A stretch of DNA of 64,000 nucleotides. It comes from Bugula neritina. Lineage: Eukaryota > Animalia > Bryozoa. Positions 30,801 to 42,560 of the stretch are shown here, one piece after another. Positions within the stretch are counted from its first letter, which is position 1; each line of letters starts with the position of its first letter. Location: the NCBI GenBank assembly GCA_964035545.1, contig OZ037766.1, positions 32,044,773-32,108,772 on the forward strand. Direction: 5' to 3'. The translations under genes and the position numbers were made by a program. Under the pieces are notes generated by a model, which saw only the letters and a list, made by a program, of their open reading frames with translations, ran no database searches and was not told the DNA's origin.

Positions 30801-30942
30801 TATGATATACATATATAATACAGATACTATATATAGACAAGGGAATAGTACTACCTCCAGCCACTCCTGCCTGTAGGAATCGTCTTCGCATGTGGTAATG
30901 ATCCATTCGTCTCCCTGGTTTGCCCCCTGTAGCTTTTCCTCC
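2571..30942 (-). CDS. Constant exons of a TIR-domain + TMEM268-like membrane protein: 30855-30942, 22189-22284, 17828-17854, 16609-16774, 13679-13856, 13422-13557, 8249-8353, 7279-7419, 6657-6832, 6124-6240, 4911-5090, 4452-4598, 3517-3618, 2571-2810
   Basis: Every exon has an AG acceptor and a GT donor, and phases chain without stops: GGKATGGKPGRRMDHYHMRRRFLQAGVAG|GALGADMYEFDEDMEENPFIEDEFYDDEDFEE|EETEESESE|GSDSED...YHVFFYHSS...IIEN|SPNDLKVLTSEKDF...SRRTVLHCTQEFMESDYANYE...|EERRQKVILLVGPDIELP...|...|VPESLMKRGLQ|VTQGEFQEIL...TM...TM...|KYRIKIEEFNKRF...KLKLYFIYYNFEECQ|...MVTFM*. The TIR-to-8353 junction is inferred from phase only. Confidence 0.82.
7455..7540. repeat. (TAGTG)n pentanucleotide microsatellite
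   Basis: Visible tandem gtagt/gtagc units just upstream of the 7419 acceptor. Confidence 0.9.
8441..8549 (-). CDS. Internal alternative first exon V20 (phase 1, TIR-less isoform): MGRNKNKNASRRKRTKQRRHHQRNNMMSHGMTAAAE
   Basis: ATCATGG start, donor GAAA|GTGAGC, then an 87-nt stop-free intron to the acceptor at 8353. Confidence 0.68.
10847..11030 (-). CDS. Internal alternative first exon V19 (phase 1, TIR-less isoform): MRNNAQKHLHRSKLGGGVGTYTFEH...ESNVPSA
   Basis: ATCATG start, 61 codons + 1 nt, donor GCAG|GTAATC; lies downstream of all TIR exons. Confidence 0.65.
13422..16774 (-). other. TIR domain-encoding exons (16609-16774, 13679-13856, 13422-13557)
   Basis: YHVFFYHSS (box1, cf. YDVFISYS), KDF (cf. 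RDF), SRRTVL...EFMESDYANYE (cf. SRKTILVLSPNFLESEWCQYE), VILL...LPASLQRY (cf. IP..L), in the correct order and spacing. Confidence 0.82.
14751..14940. repeat. ~39-bp degenerate tandem repeat, each unit beginning CCAATCACA (5 copies)
   Basis: ccaatcaca..ctgtattxtatatcagctaat repeated. Confidence 0.8.
18623..18704 (-). CDS. Alternative first exon V18 (phase 1): MPNMSQIEQTPWDNFQLDWGYEGDGQS
   Basis: 27 codons + 1 nt, donor T|GTAAGT. Confidence 0.55.
19092..19257 (-). CDS. Alternative first exon V17 (phase 1): MGGTKGAKAAPSSAASGGQGKQQGGFYGQHLNNSAAGQLGGIFGEGASLWCSSNS
   Basis: GC-rich ORF, 55 codons + 1 nt, donor TCAG|GTAAAC. Confidence 0.68.
20736..20751 (-). CDS. Candidate alternative first exon V16 (phase 1): MGAYY
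   Basis: AAGATGG GGGCATATTACA|GTGAGT. Confidence 0.5.
21660..21752. repeat. 22-bp tandem repeat (acctgggggatatataagtaag) x ~4
   Basis: Direct inspection. Confidence 0.85.
21924..21960 (-). CDS. Candidate first exon V15 (phase 1): MELLNCFAAHGA, or a 12-nt phase 1-1 microexon at 21924-21935
   Basis: ATG...TTTTGCAG CTCACGGTGCAG|GTATCA; both readings preserve frame. Confidence 0.35.
24318..24339 (-). CDS. Alternative first exon V14 (phase 1, would join 22284): MEDERNF(G)
   Basis: ATG GAA GAC GAG AGG AAC TTT G|GTAAGG. Confidence 0.55.
24501..29755. mobile_element. Decayed Kolobok-like DNA transposon
   Basis: TTAA on both flanks (24497-24500, 29756-29759). Imperfect 24-bp terminal inverted repeats AGGCGGTAAGCTTCCAGGTTATTT / ACATCGTAAGCATCCAGGTTATTT (19/24). 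Internal remnants of a KolX/P2X7-C-terminus-like gene. Confidence 0.75.
27310..27903 (-). pseudogene. Degenerate KolX (P2X7 intracellular-domain-like) gene of the Kolobok element
   Basis: Fragments EEWCK*KKFQAQKAKEQSECCQS, KFVTDHPG and FCSYRVLIFWLFPNLHRRQRKPLSACLYN* follow the WCxCxxC...ECxCC / ITxHPGF / YRxFxxW..L....RxPLPxC motif order, with stops and frameshifts. Confidence 0.7.
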
Positions 30943-33498
30943 CTGAAATACTTGTATATGTTAGTGAACTATAATTAAATAGCTGATGTTAAAACCAGGT
31001 GCTCTTATGATTTAATACCCACCATTTTATATTCACCAATTCTACCCACTAATTTGAATTTGAAGAAATGTATAAAAACAGAAGATAATATTTAGACAAC
31101 TAGAAATACAAATACCCAAAGGAGGCTGATCATAGAGATAAGATGTAGTTACAAAGTATTACAAAATAAAACTGGAGCTGCCAATGCTGATGGGTACTGA
31201 TTTTGGAGCAGCATAATATTCAAGTCGGTGAGAGATAAAGTGCTGTCTCTATAGTACATGTTTCGAAACATCCCACCAGACAAATTAAGAAATCAGATTC
31301 CTTGATGTGTTTGAAGGCTGCATTTTGTTTGCAAGGGCACAATTTTTAGCACGCTAATTTATATATCTCTTTGGAGATTAGTGTTGCAACTTTAATTGAA
31401 ATTCTCTTTGTATTATGACGATGTTATAATATGTCATCTGTATGCCTAAATCTACCTGCAAGCTAAGAGAAAATACCAATGCTTGTTATAGTGAGACAGC
31501 AGCTGTTTGAGCAATGTTTCAAAGCTGTACTGTAGGCTATGATTAGTGTTTACTTTTTTACTTTTTGAAAAGTTAGCAGCAATTCTGATTAAACTGCTGC
31601 CAATAAACTAATATGTATCAGAGTATGGCAGCTTTGGAACTGGCAAGAATTGTACCTTACTGTCTTGTATAGTTACTGCTTGTAATACGCATAACAGAGT
31701 GTTCATTTACATGGGAATATACAATTTAAACTTTATTTACATTGATTTTTGAATTATTTTATTATGTTTCTCTATTATATTATTACATATTCTGATTTTA
31801 TAGACGTACGAGTACACATTCTAATACAGCTATTCAAGGTGACCAAAACTACCTACACACTACATTGTCAATGTAATACTAAAAATTAACAATTTAAACT
31901 ACTAAACATAAACTACAGCACATATTACTATACTGAGTTAGATAATTACATCTAATAATGCACAGAGTGTATAGATTAGTTAGAAAACACAAGTGGCTGA
32001 GGGAATTAATCTCATTTTTGCTTATAAATTATTAAACAATAAACAAAGAGAGTTATACATGTTATAAGTGGGTATATATTGAATAGTTCAAGTGAAACCA
32101 CAGCAGACATTACCGTAAATCAGTTTGAGGTTGCATAACGTCTCATAACATATGCCAGCTCTGGACTTCGAGCAATACATTTATAATACTGATCGATGTA
32201 AAAACTATTGCAATCTTGTTTAATAGCCATAGTATAGCAGTTTTATAGCAATGGATTAGCAGCTTCATAGCAATAGTTTAGTAGTTTTTTAGCAACAGTA
32301 TTTGATATAGCAAATGAAAAGCATATGGCCGACATCTTTGAAGAGAAAATGTAGCTATTGTACCGCACATAAGTTTTATTTACACTGGAAACTAAAAACT
32401 CAATAACTTTTCTATTTAGCACAATCTAGCAGTGAGTTTGTATTTGGTAACTTTATCATCTTGTATTTTGTCGGTAGCTTTGTATCATTCAACTTGAGTT
32501 TGCTAAGCAATACGAATATTTTATCAATATATAAACATTGAAATACCAATATGACCTTAGGCTACAATAAAGCAAAATTCAAAATAAAAGAAATTATCAA
32601 TTTTTCATTTGAAAATCAACAGCTAACTGCATGTTGGGGTTAAGGTGCAAAGAGAGGCCAGAAAAAAATCATCACAACCTTTAAAAGAACATTTTTATGT
32701 GAAAAATGATAAAAACTGAAACCGTAAACACTAAAAAAATTAAAAGAACAACCTATATAGTAGCAGCTGCATCTCACAAGAGAAACCTAAGCATAATTTC
32801 ACTTTAGTTTTGCACTGAAAGATTTCTCTGTGCACATATACATATATAGTGATAAATTACTCCTACGAAATGTCGTAGACAGTTATATGCAAAGTCTTAT
32901 TCAGCTTTAAGTGTTACACTTGAAAACCTTTTAAGATGGTTATGAAGCCATTACATAGTGGGTCTAAGTATATGTGTAGCCATTTTAGAGATTAATAATA
33001 TTGTAATATGACATATTGATAATAGGTTGTGTTGAAAATGAAATTAACAAGCTACTATATATACAATTTTCATCCTAAAATACAGGCACATGTAATGTTT
33101 GATGACTTTGGAGTGTGGTTATTGCAGTAAATGAATAAAATAATTCACATCTTGAATGTTGGTATAAAATTTAACGCAAAAGTATTTGTGTCTGTACATA
33201 AATATGTTCTACGTTAGAATATTTTTTACTTTGTCAGTAAAGCAAATGGCAACTATTATTTTTAATACTTGAATTTTTTTCAATCAGATGCTTTTAAAGT
33301 CTAAGAACTAACTGAACAAGACGAGGGTGGGGAGAGGGTAGTAATGTTATTTGTTGTATGACTCATTTAAAAGTACGTTAAGGAGTCACCAAAATGTACT
33401 TTAGTGTAGATTATGATTTGCTTGAGAAAAAAAATGGATAAATTTACTAAAAAATTTGTGTCTATAAACCAATTTACAAAGCAGTTTGAATTGCCTAC

Positions 33499-33645
33499 CC
33501 CTGGCTTTCGTGCATTCTTATATTTTTTCTCATTGAGCCTACGACGTTGTAGACCTCTTTTATCTGGGCGTCTCGTAGCTTTCCTTGTGTGATTTATTCT
33601 CATTAACTTTGCCCCTGACCTTCTGTTGCCCGCTATTCGCCTCAT
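33499..33645 (-). CDS. Alternative first exon V13 (phase 0): MRRIAGNRRSGAKLMRINHTRKATRRPDKRGLQRRRLNEKKYKNARKPG
   Basis: 49 codons, donor GGG|GTAGGC. Confidence 0.68.
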
Positions 33646-35310
33646 CGTCAAAGCTGGAGAGTATTTTTCTCTATCTTGTTCTTCTTCATTTAGAGTCGGC
33701 TGTTTCCTGTCTCCAGGCAGAAAGAGCGACAACTTGTCCACCAGGAGATAACCTTGATACTGAACTCCACAAGCAATATTCCAGACTGCTCAGGTCTCGT
33801 GGGAACCAGGTATTTGATTTGAAAAATGTTTATCCAATTACACCTGCAGGGCCTCTGACCCGCTGCCTCTGCTGACACGCACTTGTAAGTCAGCGAAACT
33901 CAACTCGAGAATTACCTGGATGTAAGTGCAGGGAGAATTATTATTTTAACATGTGATTTGTTTACTTATAGGAGAGTATTGAACATTGAGTGCCATATTA
34001 TACTCAGTCCGAGTAAATGAAGTGTTTGCATATTGATTCCCGGGAACATTAATATATCATTAAAGTGTGTTTTGTAGCCCTAGAATGCACTGCATACATC
34101 AAGCTCGTCTCAGACTTATAATGACAAATGAGTGTGATAGTAAGTTGAAGCCTATCAATTCTCTGTCAAGTATTATTATGATTTTTGCACAAATGTCTTT
34201 GTCACAAAATATTGTGCTAGAAATTTTTTAATTCTTTGACAGTATTTTTTTCTCAACTTAGTCATGATTTCAAAAACTTTACTTTTCGAGATGATGTGAT
34301 ATCCAGGAAATTAAATATATATTAGAGATTACTTGAGCCATGACATGCAAGCCTGTCCCATGAAGGCTGCACCCAAGGCTTGAGTAGTTTGAGGAATTGA
34401 ATTATCTTGTGATATGAATGGTTTATTAAGCAGTATTCAGTTCAGTGCCCAATAAATCTTTGTCGATAATTAATGTGGGAATCAGAGAAACATCACATAT
34501 TAAGGTTATTAGGCAGCAGGTAAATTGCATTACCTATCAGGCAAGTATGATTACGCAAAGGGAAGACAACCAACACATGACTTAAGGGAAGTCTCGTGAT
34601 CAAACAATATACTGTTCCACATAAAATGGATTTTGTATTTTTCAGATGGCAATTATATACGATGTTGCAATGTCTACCATAAACTAGAAGATGCCTGTGA
34701 ATAATCTCCATATTTATGAGTCAGGTTGGCAGCAGCTTGCGCTGCCTGCATAATATGACCTCTGTGTAGTGCACAGTTGAACTCATGCACTGGAAGACAA
34801 CTCCTCAACTGCTGTATCTGATGTAGCTCAGTACTAACTTTGTGACATTTAACAACTTCCAATTTCCTATGTTGTGACCTTTAACTTTGCTAAGTTGTTC
34901 AAAAAAGTTCAACTCTGTTCCAAAAAAACACAATATCAAAGAGTGGGAGCAGTAGGCTATCAAATAGCGGGAGCAATAGGCTATCTTTGAAAGTGATTTA
35001 CAAAAGAATCCTGATTGACACACTGATAATATTCTAAACATTTAAAATGCTTTTTATCCTCCAGATTTAAGGATGTACTTCATAGTATATACAACTGTGC
35101 ATGACAAAAGTTATGCCAACAACATTGATGCTGTTGTTGCAGCCTACGTTAAGGCCTAAGCTAATGCTAGGGTCAAATTTTAAGATGCATGACTGGTTAA
35201 TCAGCTTAGTAGAAACTAATATACTTGAGTTGATGTATAGAGAGCATGGAGGCATCAAATAGAATACAACCTACAGTCAGATCATATGATAAGAATATGA
35301 GAATTATCAC

Positions 35311-35571
35311 CTCTTGACTCTTTTCATTTTCGTTGTACTTATCAGCGTTTTTCTTGTCATTATCTCTCGAGGTCTCCGTTCCTTCTAAATTGAACGAGGC
35401 TTCTTCTGTCTTCCTCTTGTTGTTCTTCCTGCGATTCTTCCGGATTACTTTGACTTGCCGTCTGCGAACTGTGTAGCTCCGCCCTCCTTCCATGGAGAAG
35501 CGTTTCTTTTTGACGTCTGCTTTGCTATTCGGATTGGACGATGTCCGTTTCATTTCCAACTGTCTTCCCAT
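35311..35571 (-). CDS. Alternative first exon V12 (phase 0): MGRQLEMKRTSSNPNSKADVKKKRFSMEGGRSYTVRRRQVKVIRKNRRKNNKRKTEE...NEKSQE
   Basis: AAAATGG start, 87 codons, donor GAG|GTGATA. Confidence 0.72.
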
Positions 35572-37242
35572 TTTATAGACTTGTTGCACGCACCCAGAGA
35601 GTTAATTTAGAAAGTAATTATTTGTGATTTAATTAGGTGAGAATTATCACACAGGCTCGATTTACTGACACTGAAACTAAAGAGATGTGACGACTAAGTA
35701 ACACCACAACCAAATGATGGTGGCTGCTATAGGGAATTATTGTGTGATGAAATGTCACAGAGCTATGGGACTTGGGCGACTGTTTAGCTTATATCAATTT
35801 GCATTTCATGTATGCTAAGGGAAGAACCCCACTAGGCACTGACATTATAACTGTCCGTAAAATGTCATAATCTTTGTATGTCGTAAGGTAGCATTTTACA
35901 ACTCATTTATAGTCTGAGAGTGTTAGTTGGTTTAGCATCAGCAGATGAAGGGGATTGGCTAGCTAGTGGCAGACTTTGAGAATAAGAAATTAGTCCACAA
36001 TTAAACTATTCTCGTGTTATTTACTTCTTGCTACAGACACTTACACTTGTGTGTAAGTATATATTTACCAAAAGTAGTTTGAAATCATCCATTTAGAAAA
36101 CTCTTAACAGAGACAGAGAAAGGTTAGAGGTTACAGTTCACTGGCATATCCTATATACCTGCACGTGGTGCTGAAGTCATTGCAATGCCACCTCACTCTA
36201 CTTGACTATTGATTAATTATTACGAGGACAAAGTAATGATAAAAAACAACATCTTGTATGTAATCAAGCTAATAACGTACAAAGCTAATCAGCTGCTAAC
36301 TCATTATAATATTGATAAATGTTGCAAAATAAAGCTAGACTCAATACTTTTAATAAAAATAATGTTTATTTTCAGAAACATGTGTTAATGTTTGAAAATT
36401 ATTGTCAGTTATACAGGTAATAGTTTAAGATCTTGTGATTCTAATAGCTTTGGAGGAAAGGTGAACCTCTCATACAAAGAGACTGACTTTGTAGCCCTGG
36501 AAACCTGGCAATGTGCATGTGGTGATCCCATAGAGCTATGATACCAGAGTTACAACTGCCGGATTTTTAAGGGTATTTCACAGTGTTTGGTAGAACAACT
36601 ATTATTGTACATGACTGAAGTTACTTCCTGCCCATATATATGTAGAAACCTTCACGTATTTATGTTGTCATGGAGATATAATGCTTTAGGTATAACACAA
36701 TAGACTCAGGTTCTTCAAACAGGAGATAACTCTTAGAAATTTGTCTTTTATAAAGGCACATTTTCTTGCTACTGTTTTGGTTTGTGTCGTTTTTACAATA
36801 ACATTTCACATGTATAGTGGAAGGTGTTTTAACTTTCTATTCTTGAATTTCTGTATACATTTTTATGCAGTTACTAATTTTCTAATTGTTGTATAATAAA
36901 GGCCCTCCAAGGAACTCCTCCCAACTACATGCTGATGGAGATTAAAATCTAATACTAAGAACTTGGTATATAAGAAGTCACTAATTAGGAAAGTGTGACT
37001 TATTTAAAAGTTTAAATTTTGAATGAAGAGTTCCTATTAGAAGTTGTCTCATCAACTGATTTCCTTAAATCTATAACCACTACAGTGAAATTGTGGATCC
37101 CTCCCCAAAACATAACGGAATGCTTATGAACTACAGGCTATATATGAGTGTATGTTTGTAAGAGTAAAAGAAGGGTCGTCTGCTTATGCACCCTTACAAG
37201 ACTTGTCAAACAGTTGAAAGAACATATGCCATAAAAACTCAC

Positions 37243-37332
37243 CGTCTTGTGGGCTGCGCGGTTCTTCTTGTGTCCATGTTTGTGCTTAGAGTGACTTTTC
37301 TTGTGCGTAGTCTTGTGACGCCTGTGGCTCAT
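37243..37332 (-). CDS. Alternative first exon V11 (phase 0): MSHRRHKTTHKKSHSKHKHGHKKNRAAHKT
   Basis: 30 codons, donor ACG|GTGAGT. Confidence 0.78.
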
Positions 37333-38211
37333 CCCCTTCTGCAAATACACAAGAACTTGTAGAACTTAGGCTACTAAAAAATGATAGCCTCTGGTTCTAC
37401 GCTCCTGGAATACTTACAGATCAACATAGGCTCCTTTCAAACAAGAAATGTAAGTAAAAGTAGGTATCAGAGTAACAGTAAGTACTATACACTAAGCTGT
37501 TTTCCTTATTGACTATACATAAAAACCTGTAATTGAAATAATTATCTATTCCTAGACATAATTACCTGCACACCAAGTAATTATGTCTACTATGTGTGTT
37601 TGATAATAGATAATTCAGTTTGTAATGAAAGAAAGCCTTTAACAGGAATATTGATACCTTGAATATTTATTTAAAGGGTGGGCAACTACTGTAGAAACAG
37701 TAATCTTCAGTCAATTTAGCCTTCATACCATTTGAAAAAACCTATAAAGTTTGATAGCCAGCGAAACCACTCTAACCTAATGTCAAAGTGATAAAGTGTA
37801 AAGCAATATCTAGCTACTTGAACAATTTTGTATGAATTAACAAATTTTCCTGCAAGTTGAAATATGCTTGGCCCAGAGAATTTTTGACTTGAAAGAAAAA
37901 TTTTAGCTTATTGATTATAAATGCATAAATATGCATATATTCAATTGAAAGTAATGTAAAAATAATAGTATCGTATTTTGGCAAGCCACTTGTAAGATCC
38001 GATGCATTCATTAATCTAATCTTTTTTCAAAATTTAAAAAAATATGTAGTTATGTATCTTTCCCATTCCATAAAGAAGGGCAATGTTGAATGGTAGTGAA
38101 ATACAAGTAAATTAAAAACAGTTATACTTATATTGCAATATTTCCAGTTGAGTCACTTTTGGAACTACATCTGAGGTCCTTAACCACGTTCTCAGGTATA
38201 AGGTAAAGTGG

Positions 38212-38748
38212 TGTCAGCTAGTTATAGTGTAAGTGTCAGCTAGTCATAGTGTAAGTGTCAACTAGTCATAGTGTAAGTGTCAGCTAGTTATAGTGTAAGT
38301 GTCAGCTAGTCATAGTGTAAGTATTAGCTAGTCATAGTGTAAGTATCAGCTAGTCACAGTGTAAGTGTTATCTAGTCACAGTGTAAGTATCAGCTATTCA
38401 TAGTGTAAGTGTCAGCTAGTCATAGTGTAAGTATCAGCTAGTCATAGTGTAAGTATCAGCTAGTCACAGTGTAGGTATCAGATAGTCACAGTGTAGGTGT
38501 CAGCTAGTTATAGTGTAAGTATCAGCTAGTCATAGTGTAAGTATCAGATAGTCATAGCGTAAGTATCAGCTAGTCATAGTGTAAGTATCATCTAGTCATA
38601 GTGCAAGTATTAGCTAGTCATAGTGTAAGTGTCAGCTAGTCATAGTATAAGTATCAGCTAGTCACAGTGTAAGTGTCAGCTATTCATAGTATAAGTATCA
38701 GCTAGTCTTAGTGTAAGTATCAGCTATTTATAGTGTAAGTATCATCTA
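38212..38748. repeat. 22-bp minisatellite (cagctagtcatagtgtaagtRt) x ~24
   Basis: Direct inspection. Confidence 0.93.
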
Positions 38749-39210
38749 ATCAACTGGACAATAAAGAATAATGATTAGTTCTCTTTGAAGTGTTGATTAT
38801 GTCACATAAGAATAATAAAGAATAATGAAAGTTGCTGTACAAGTATAGTTGAAGTATGTTGATGTATAATAAGTACTGATCTATTGAAATTATGACTGTA
38901 GAGTAAGGGTACAACAACCAAACCCATATTACTATATTACCATGTTACGTATATTATTCATACTTGTATATACAATATATTAGCCAATCATATTTGTGTA
39001 CGTAGTATTAGCCAATGACACAACCGCTGTTACAGGTGAAGCAAGAGGAAGCTATGTATTGCTATTGTTGACTATAATCACATATTCTCTAGTATTCAGA
39101 CTAAATTCTGCTCTACCATATCCTTATCAAATAACCACTGAATCTTTTGTCAACATCCATATTCTGAGCATTTATAGCCCAAGTACCTCAAATAAATATA
39201 ACTAGCTTAC

Positions 39211-39240
39211 CCTTACGCGGAGGTGCCTTCTCCTACTCAT
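39211..39240 (-). CDS. Alternative first exon V10 (phase 0): MSRRRHLRVR
   Basis: AAAATG start, donor AGG|GTAAGC; a second in-phase donor CGC|GTAAGG lies 6 nt earlier. Confidence 0.7.
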
Positions 39241-40814
39241 TTTATAAACTATCAAATTTAGCTGGCTAAAGAAATTCGTGACTAAAGCAAAGTTTTGCTC
39301 TACTGTAACTGCATGGAGAGAAGGGCATAATGAAAGTATCAAGTAAAACTAACTAAATAAAAGCACTAAACAAATTCAAATTAAAGCAATAAAATAGCTT
39401 GTGAAAGCATAGGTTTTGATTGGGGGTGGTGGATATAGCAATCAATAATGCAGCTGAGTTTTTTACAAGTCCACAAGCTAGCCTATAAAATCAGCATTAA
39501 TTTACTGTAGACTGAGAATGCAAACAGTGCACTAAGTTTTTTATGGGTTTTTTTCTACCTGCGCTATTTACACAAATCTGATGCATTAGCTAGTTTTTGT
39601 GTTATCAAGTATTGAGTTTATTAGTTGCCTACATAACAACTTCATTCATTATTCATATCACCTGCGGCAGTTGCTACAGCAATAAATGATTCAGTTTTTA
39701 ATGCAATCTGCATACAATTGCTATCAATTACCATTTTAAATAGGCTGCTATCTATATCTATACTAGCTCATTCTAATTTTCATATTTCTAATCTTTTATA
39801 TAATTAATCTTTTAAACTATTCATCAATAATTAATATCAGGGATGAGAAGTTGCATTAGAAATGAGCAATAAATATGACATTTGGAGTCATGTCCCTTTT
39901 TGTTAAAAAATAAAGAGGAAGTTTCCAAGAAACCTGTATAATTCTTTACAAGCTATTGAATACCCATAATTATTACATATAAATTCTTTTGCAGAATAAA
40001 ACAACATATATAACTCATTGGTATTGCAGAATTTCATTCTATCCGTTAAAAATTCTCTATGCATTTTAAAAATTAATCTGAAATAAAATAAAAAAAGCTT
40101 ATTCAGATTATTTTCTCGACACTTTAACAATAATCACGAGGAATACAATTCTCCCACCTCTGCTGTCTTCAGATCAGAATGAAAAAGTGAACTACTACCC
40201 ATCACCAGAGTGTCAAGCTAAATCTTGTGTTATACACTCACATAATATGTCACTTGCTAAGAGCAAATCGATGCTGCCACAGAAGTGGGTGCTGACTGAA
40301 GTTGAGTGACCACACACACACTCCAACAGCTGTTTGCAAGTAAACACATCTCTACAGCAGCTGTTTGCAGGTAAAAACACCTCTACAGTTTTGAAAAGCC
40401 AACATTAGCATTTATTTACATTGCCTGATATAAAATATTGTAATTATATCATATTTTATTAATAATTAGTTAATTAATCTATGTCAATGTATCTACTGTT
40501 CATGCAGATTAGGGCAGTGGCTGACAGAATGTTATTGCATATATGATAATGAATCACACCAAGTCAGTTATTAAAATATCATGTCATTCAAATATAAATG
40601 TTTTCAGTAAATATTCCATATGCCTGAATATCAATTCGCTTTTCTAATAGTTTGTTAACTTCCTAATTAAAAGTCAATTGAGATTTACACTGCAAACCAG
40701 AATGACTTGGGAACATGCAGGAGTCAAAACATCAGCAAGTTTTTATACTTTCTGAAACCAACTAAATCCGCTCAATTATTTAGCAGCCGGTTGAAAATTA
40801 AATAAAACTCAATC

Positions 40815-40817
<3 letters not shown>

Positions 40818-40896
<79 letters not shown>

Positions 40897-41046
40897 TATG
40901 TGTGTATGTGTGTATGTGTGTGTGTGTGTGTGTGTATGTGTGTATGTGTGTATGTGTGTATGTGTGTATGTGTGTATGTGTGTATGTGTGTATGTGTGTG
41001 TGTGGTGTGTATGTGTGTATGTGTGTATGTGTGTATGTGTGTATGT

Positions 41047-41126
<80 letters not shown>

Positions 41127-41152
41127 TGTGTGTGGTGTGTACGTGTGTGTGT
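40818..41152. repeat. (GT)n / (GTGTGTAT)n compound microsatellite
   Basis: Direct inspection; source of the spurious VC/HT ORFs. Confidence 0.97.
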
Positions 41153-41164
41153 TATAGCCGCTAC

Positions 41165-41233
41165 CTTTTTGTGTCCCGTCTTATGCTTCGTATGCCGCTT
41201 AGACATACGCATTCTCCTGGCGTGACTCGGCAT
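41165..41233 (-). CDS. Alternative first exon V9 (phase 0): MPSHARRMRMSKRHTKHKTGHKK
   Basis: ACCATG start, 23 codons, donor AAG|GTAGCG. Confidence 0.7.
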
Positions 41234-42494
41234 GGTGAACCAGTTTTAGTTGCTCGGCAAAAAGTACTTTTGATTTTCAGCAAATTCGACTGCCTAATGA
41301 AGGCAATTAGGTTTGGAGCTGTCGTTCAACAGCTTTGCTGCCTTAAGGTTGGAATCACTGAAGTGGTGGAGAATAGAATCCTGCTCTATGAAACTTTTTG
41401 TGAATATTAATTGAACGCATTATTTAATATTTAGTTAAGTAAAACGTCTATTATTGAAGGCATCAATAGCGAATTCAAAAGACTTCCAAGTACCAATTGA
41501 AAAACAGTTAATAATAATACAAGTGGCCTGTTTATGATACAAACAAAAGGAGCTATCCAATTGGCCAACTGATATCATCAAATTTGTTCAGTAAATAGAA
41601 ATGGAGTTTCAATTATTTGATCTCAGTATTTAATTCATGGAATAGCCATGATGGGGATTGTTGTTGTAGAAAGTTGTGTAATCAATGGTTAATTTGCCCT
41701 TCCTTGCTTCACATGACAAATTTTATAGCCTGAAAATTTAGCACATAATTTGTATTAACTTGTGTAAGGCGAGTCTTTACGCTATGAAATATTTTTATAA
41801 TGAAGTGAAACTTCGAAGGAGCACTGAGTCGTGGAATGGTAACTACTAAGTGGTGAATATTATGCTAGGACAACCCATGCATCATGTTTTTTTTCAGTGC
41901 CAGCCTAACCAACTTCAAAACTCAAATGACTAAATTATGTAACAAATCTGATGGAAATTAATCACAGCATAAGTTTAAGTAAAAACCCTTTGCCCAAATA
42001 AGACAGAGACACCAGTGAATGCTACTTGAACAAAGTTTCAAACATCTTATAGGTAGAAACACATAGTTTCCAGAAAAATCTCTCTTACATTCAAATCAAG
42101 TCTTACCCTCTAAAGCAAAAAATGATTCAAAACTCAAAAGCACAGCTTTAAAAGATGTTAGTACTCTTGTACTTGGAAATTATTGTAATGTCTAGCTAAT
42201 TATACACACCAAAAGTTACACATGTACACTTTATTGTCAGCTACAGGACTGTAAGGTATATAACTACGACTGCTACAACTCAAATAACTGCATTTTCTGG
42301 AACAAAATTGTTTTTTAACAAGTGTAAATGGACTTCATGAATAAAATCAAAACTTTTTTAATATTTATACAACATGTGTATATAAAAGCTGTGGTAGATG
42401 GCTCTATTATATGGAAAAAAGTAAAGTTATTCGTGAAATGCCAGACTTAAATTTGGCAGCTCTGAATAAGTCATCAAGCAGACGGACTACTTAC

Positions 42495-42560
42495 AGGTCC
42501 TAGGTCTAGAGTCTTAGAACCTATGGCTATGTGAGGGCTATGCTGAACACCTGTACGCAT
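42495..42560 (-). CDS. Candidate alternative first exon V8 (phase 0): MRTGVQHSPHIAIGSKTLDLGP
   Basis: 22 codons without stop, donor CCT|GTAAGT; less basic than its neighbours. Confidence 0.45.

Noticed and set aside
32114-32190. Donor-like ACG|GTAATG with upstream ATGs
   Set aside because: Upstream ATGs hit stops or give phase 2, incompatible with any acceptor.
36159-36180. ATG exon candidate MTSAPRA with a phase-1 donor (similarly MEIIHRHLLVY at 34678-34711)
   Set aside because: The phase does not fit the next acceptor (30942); they would need to skip it. They are short and plausibly chance, so not counted.
40772-41410. Long VC/HT-repeat ORFs (also 46381-47028)
   Set aside because: Translations of (GT)n microsatellites; only 41165-41233 is retained, as a first exon.
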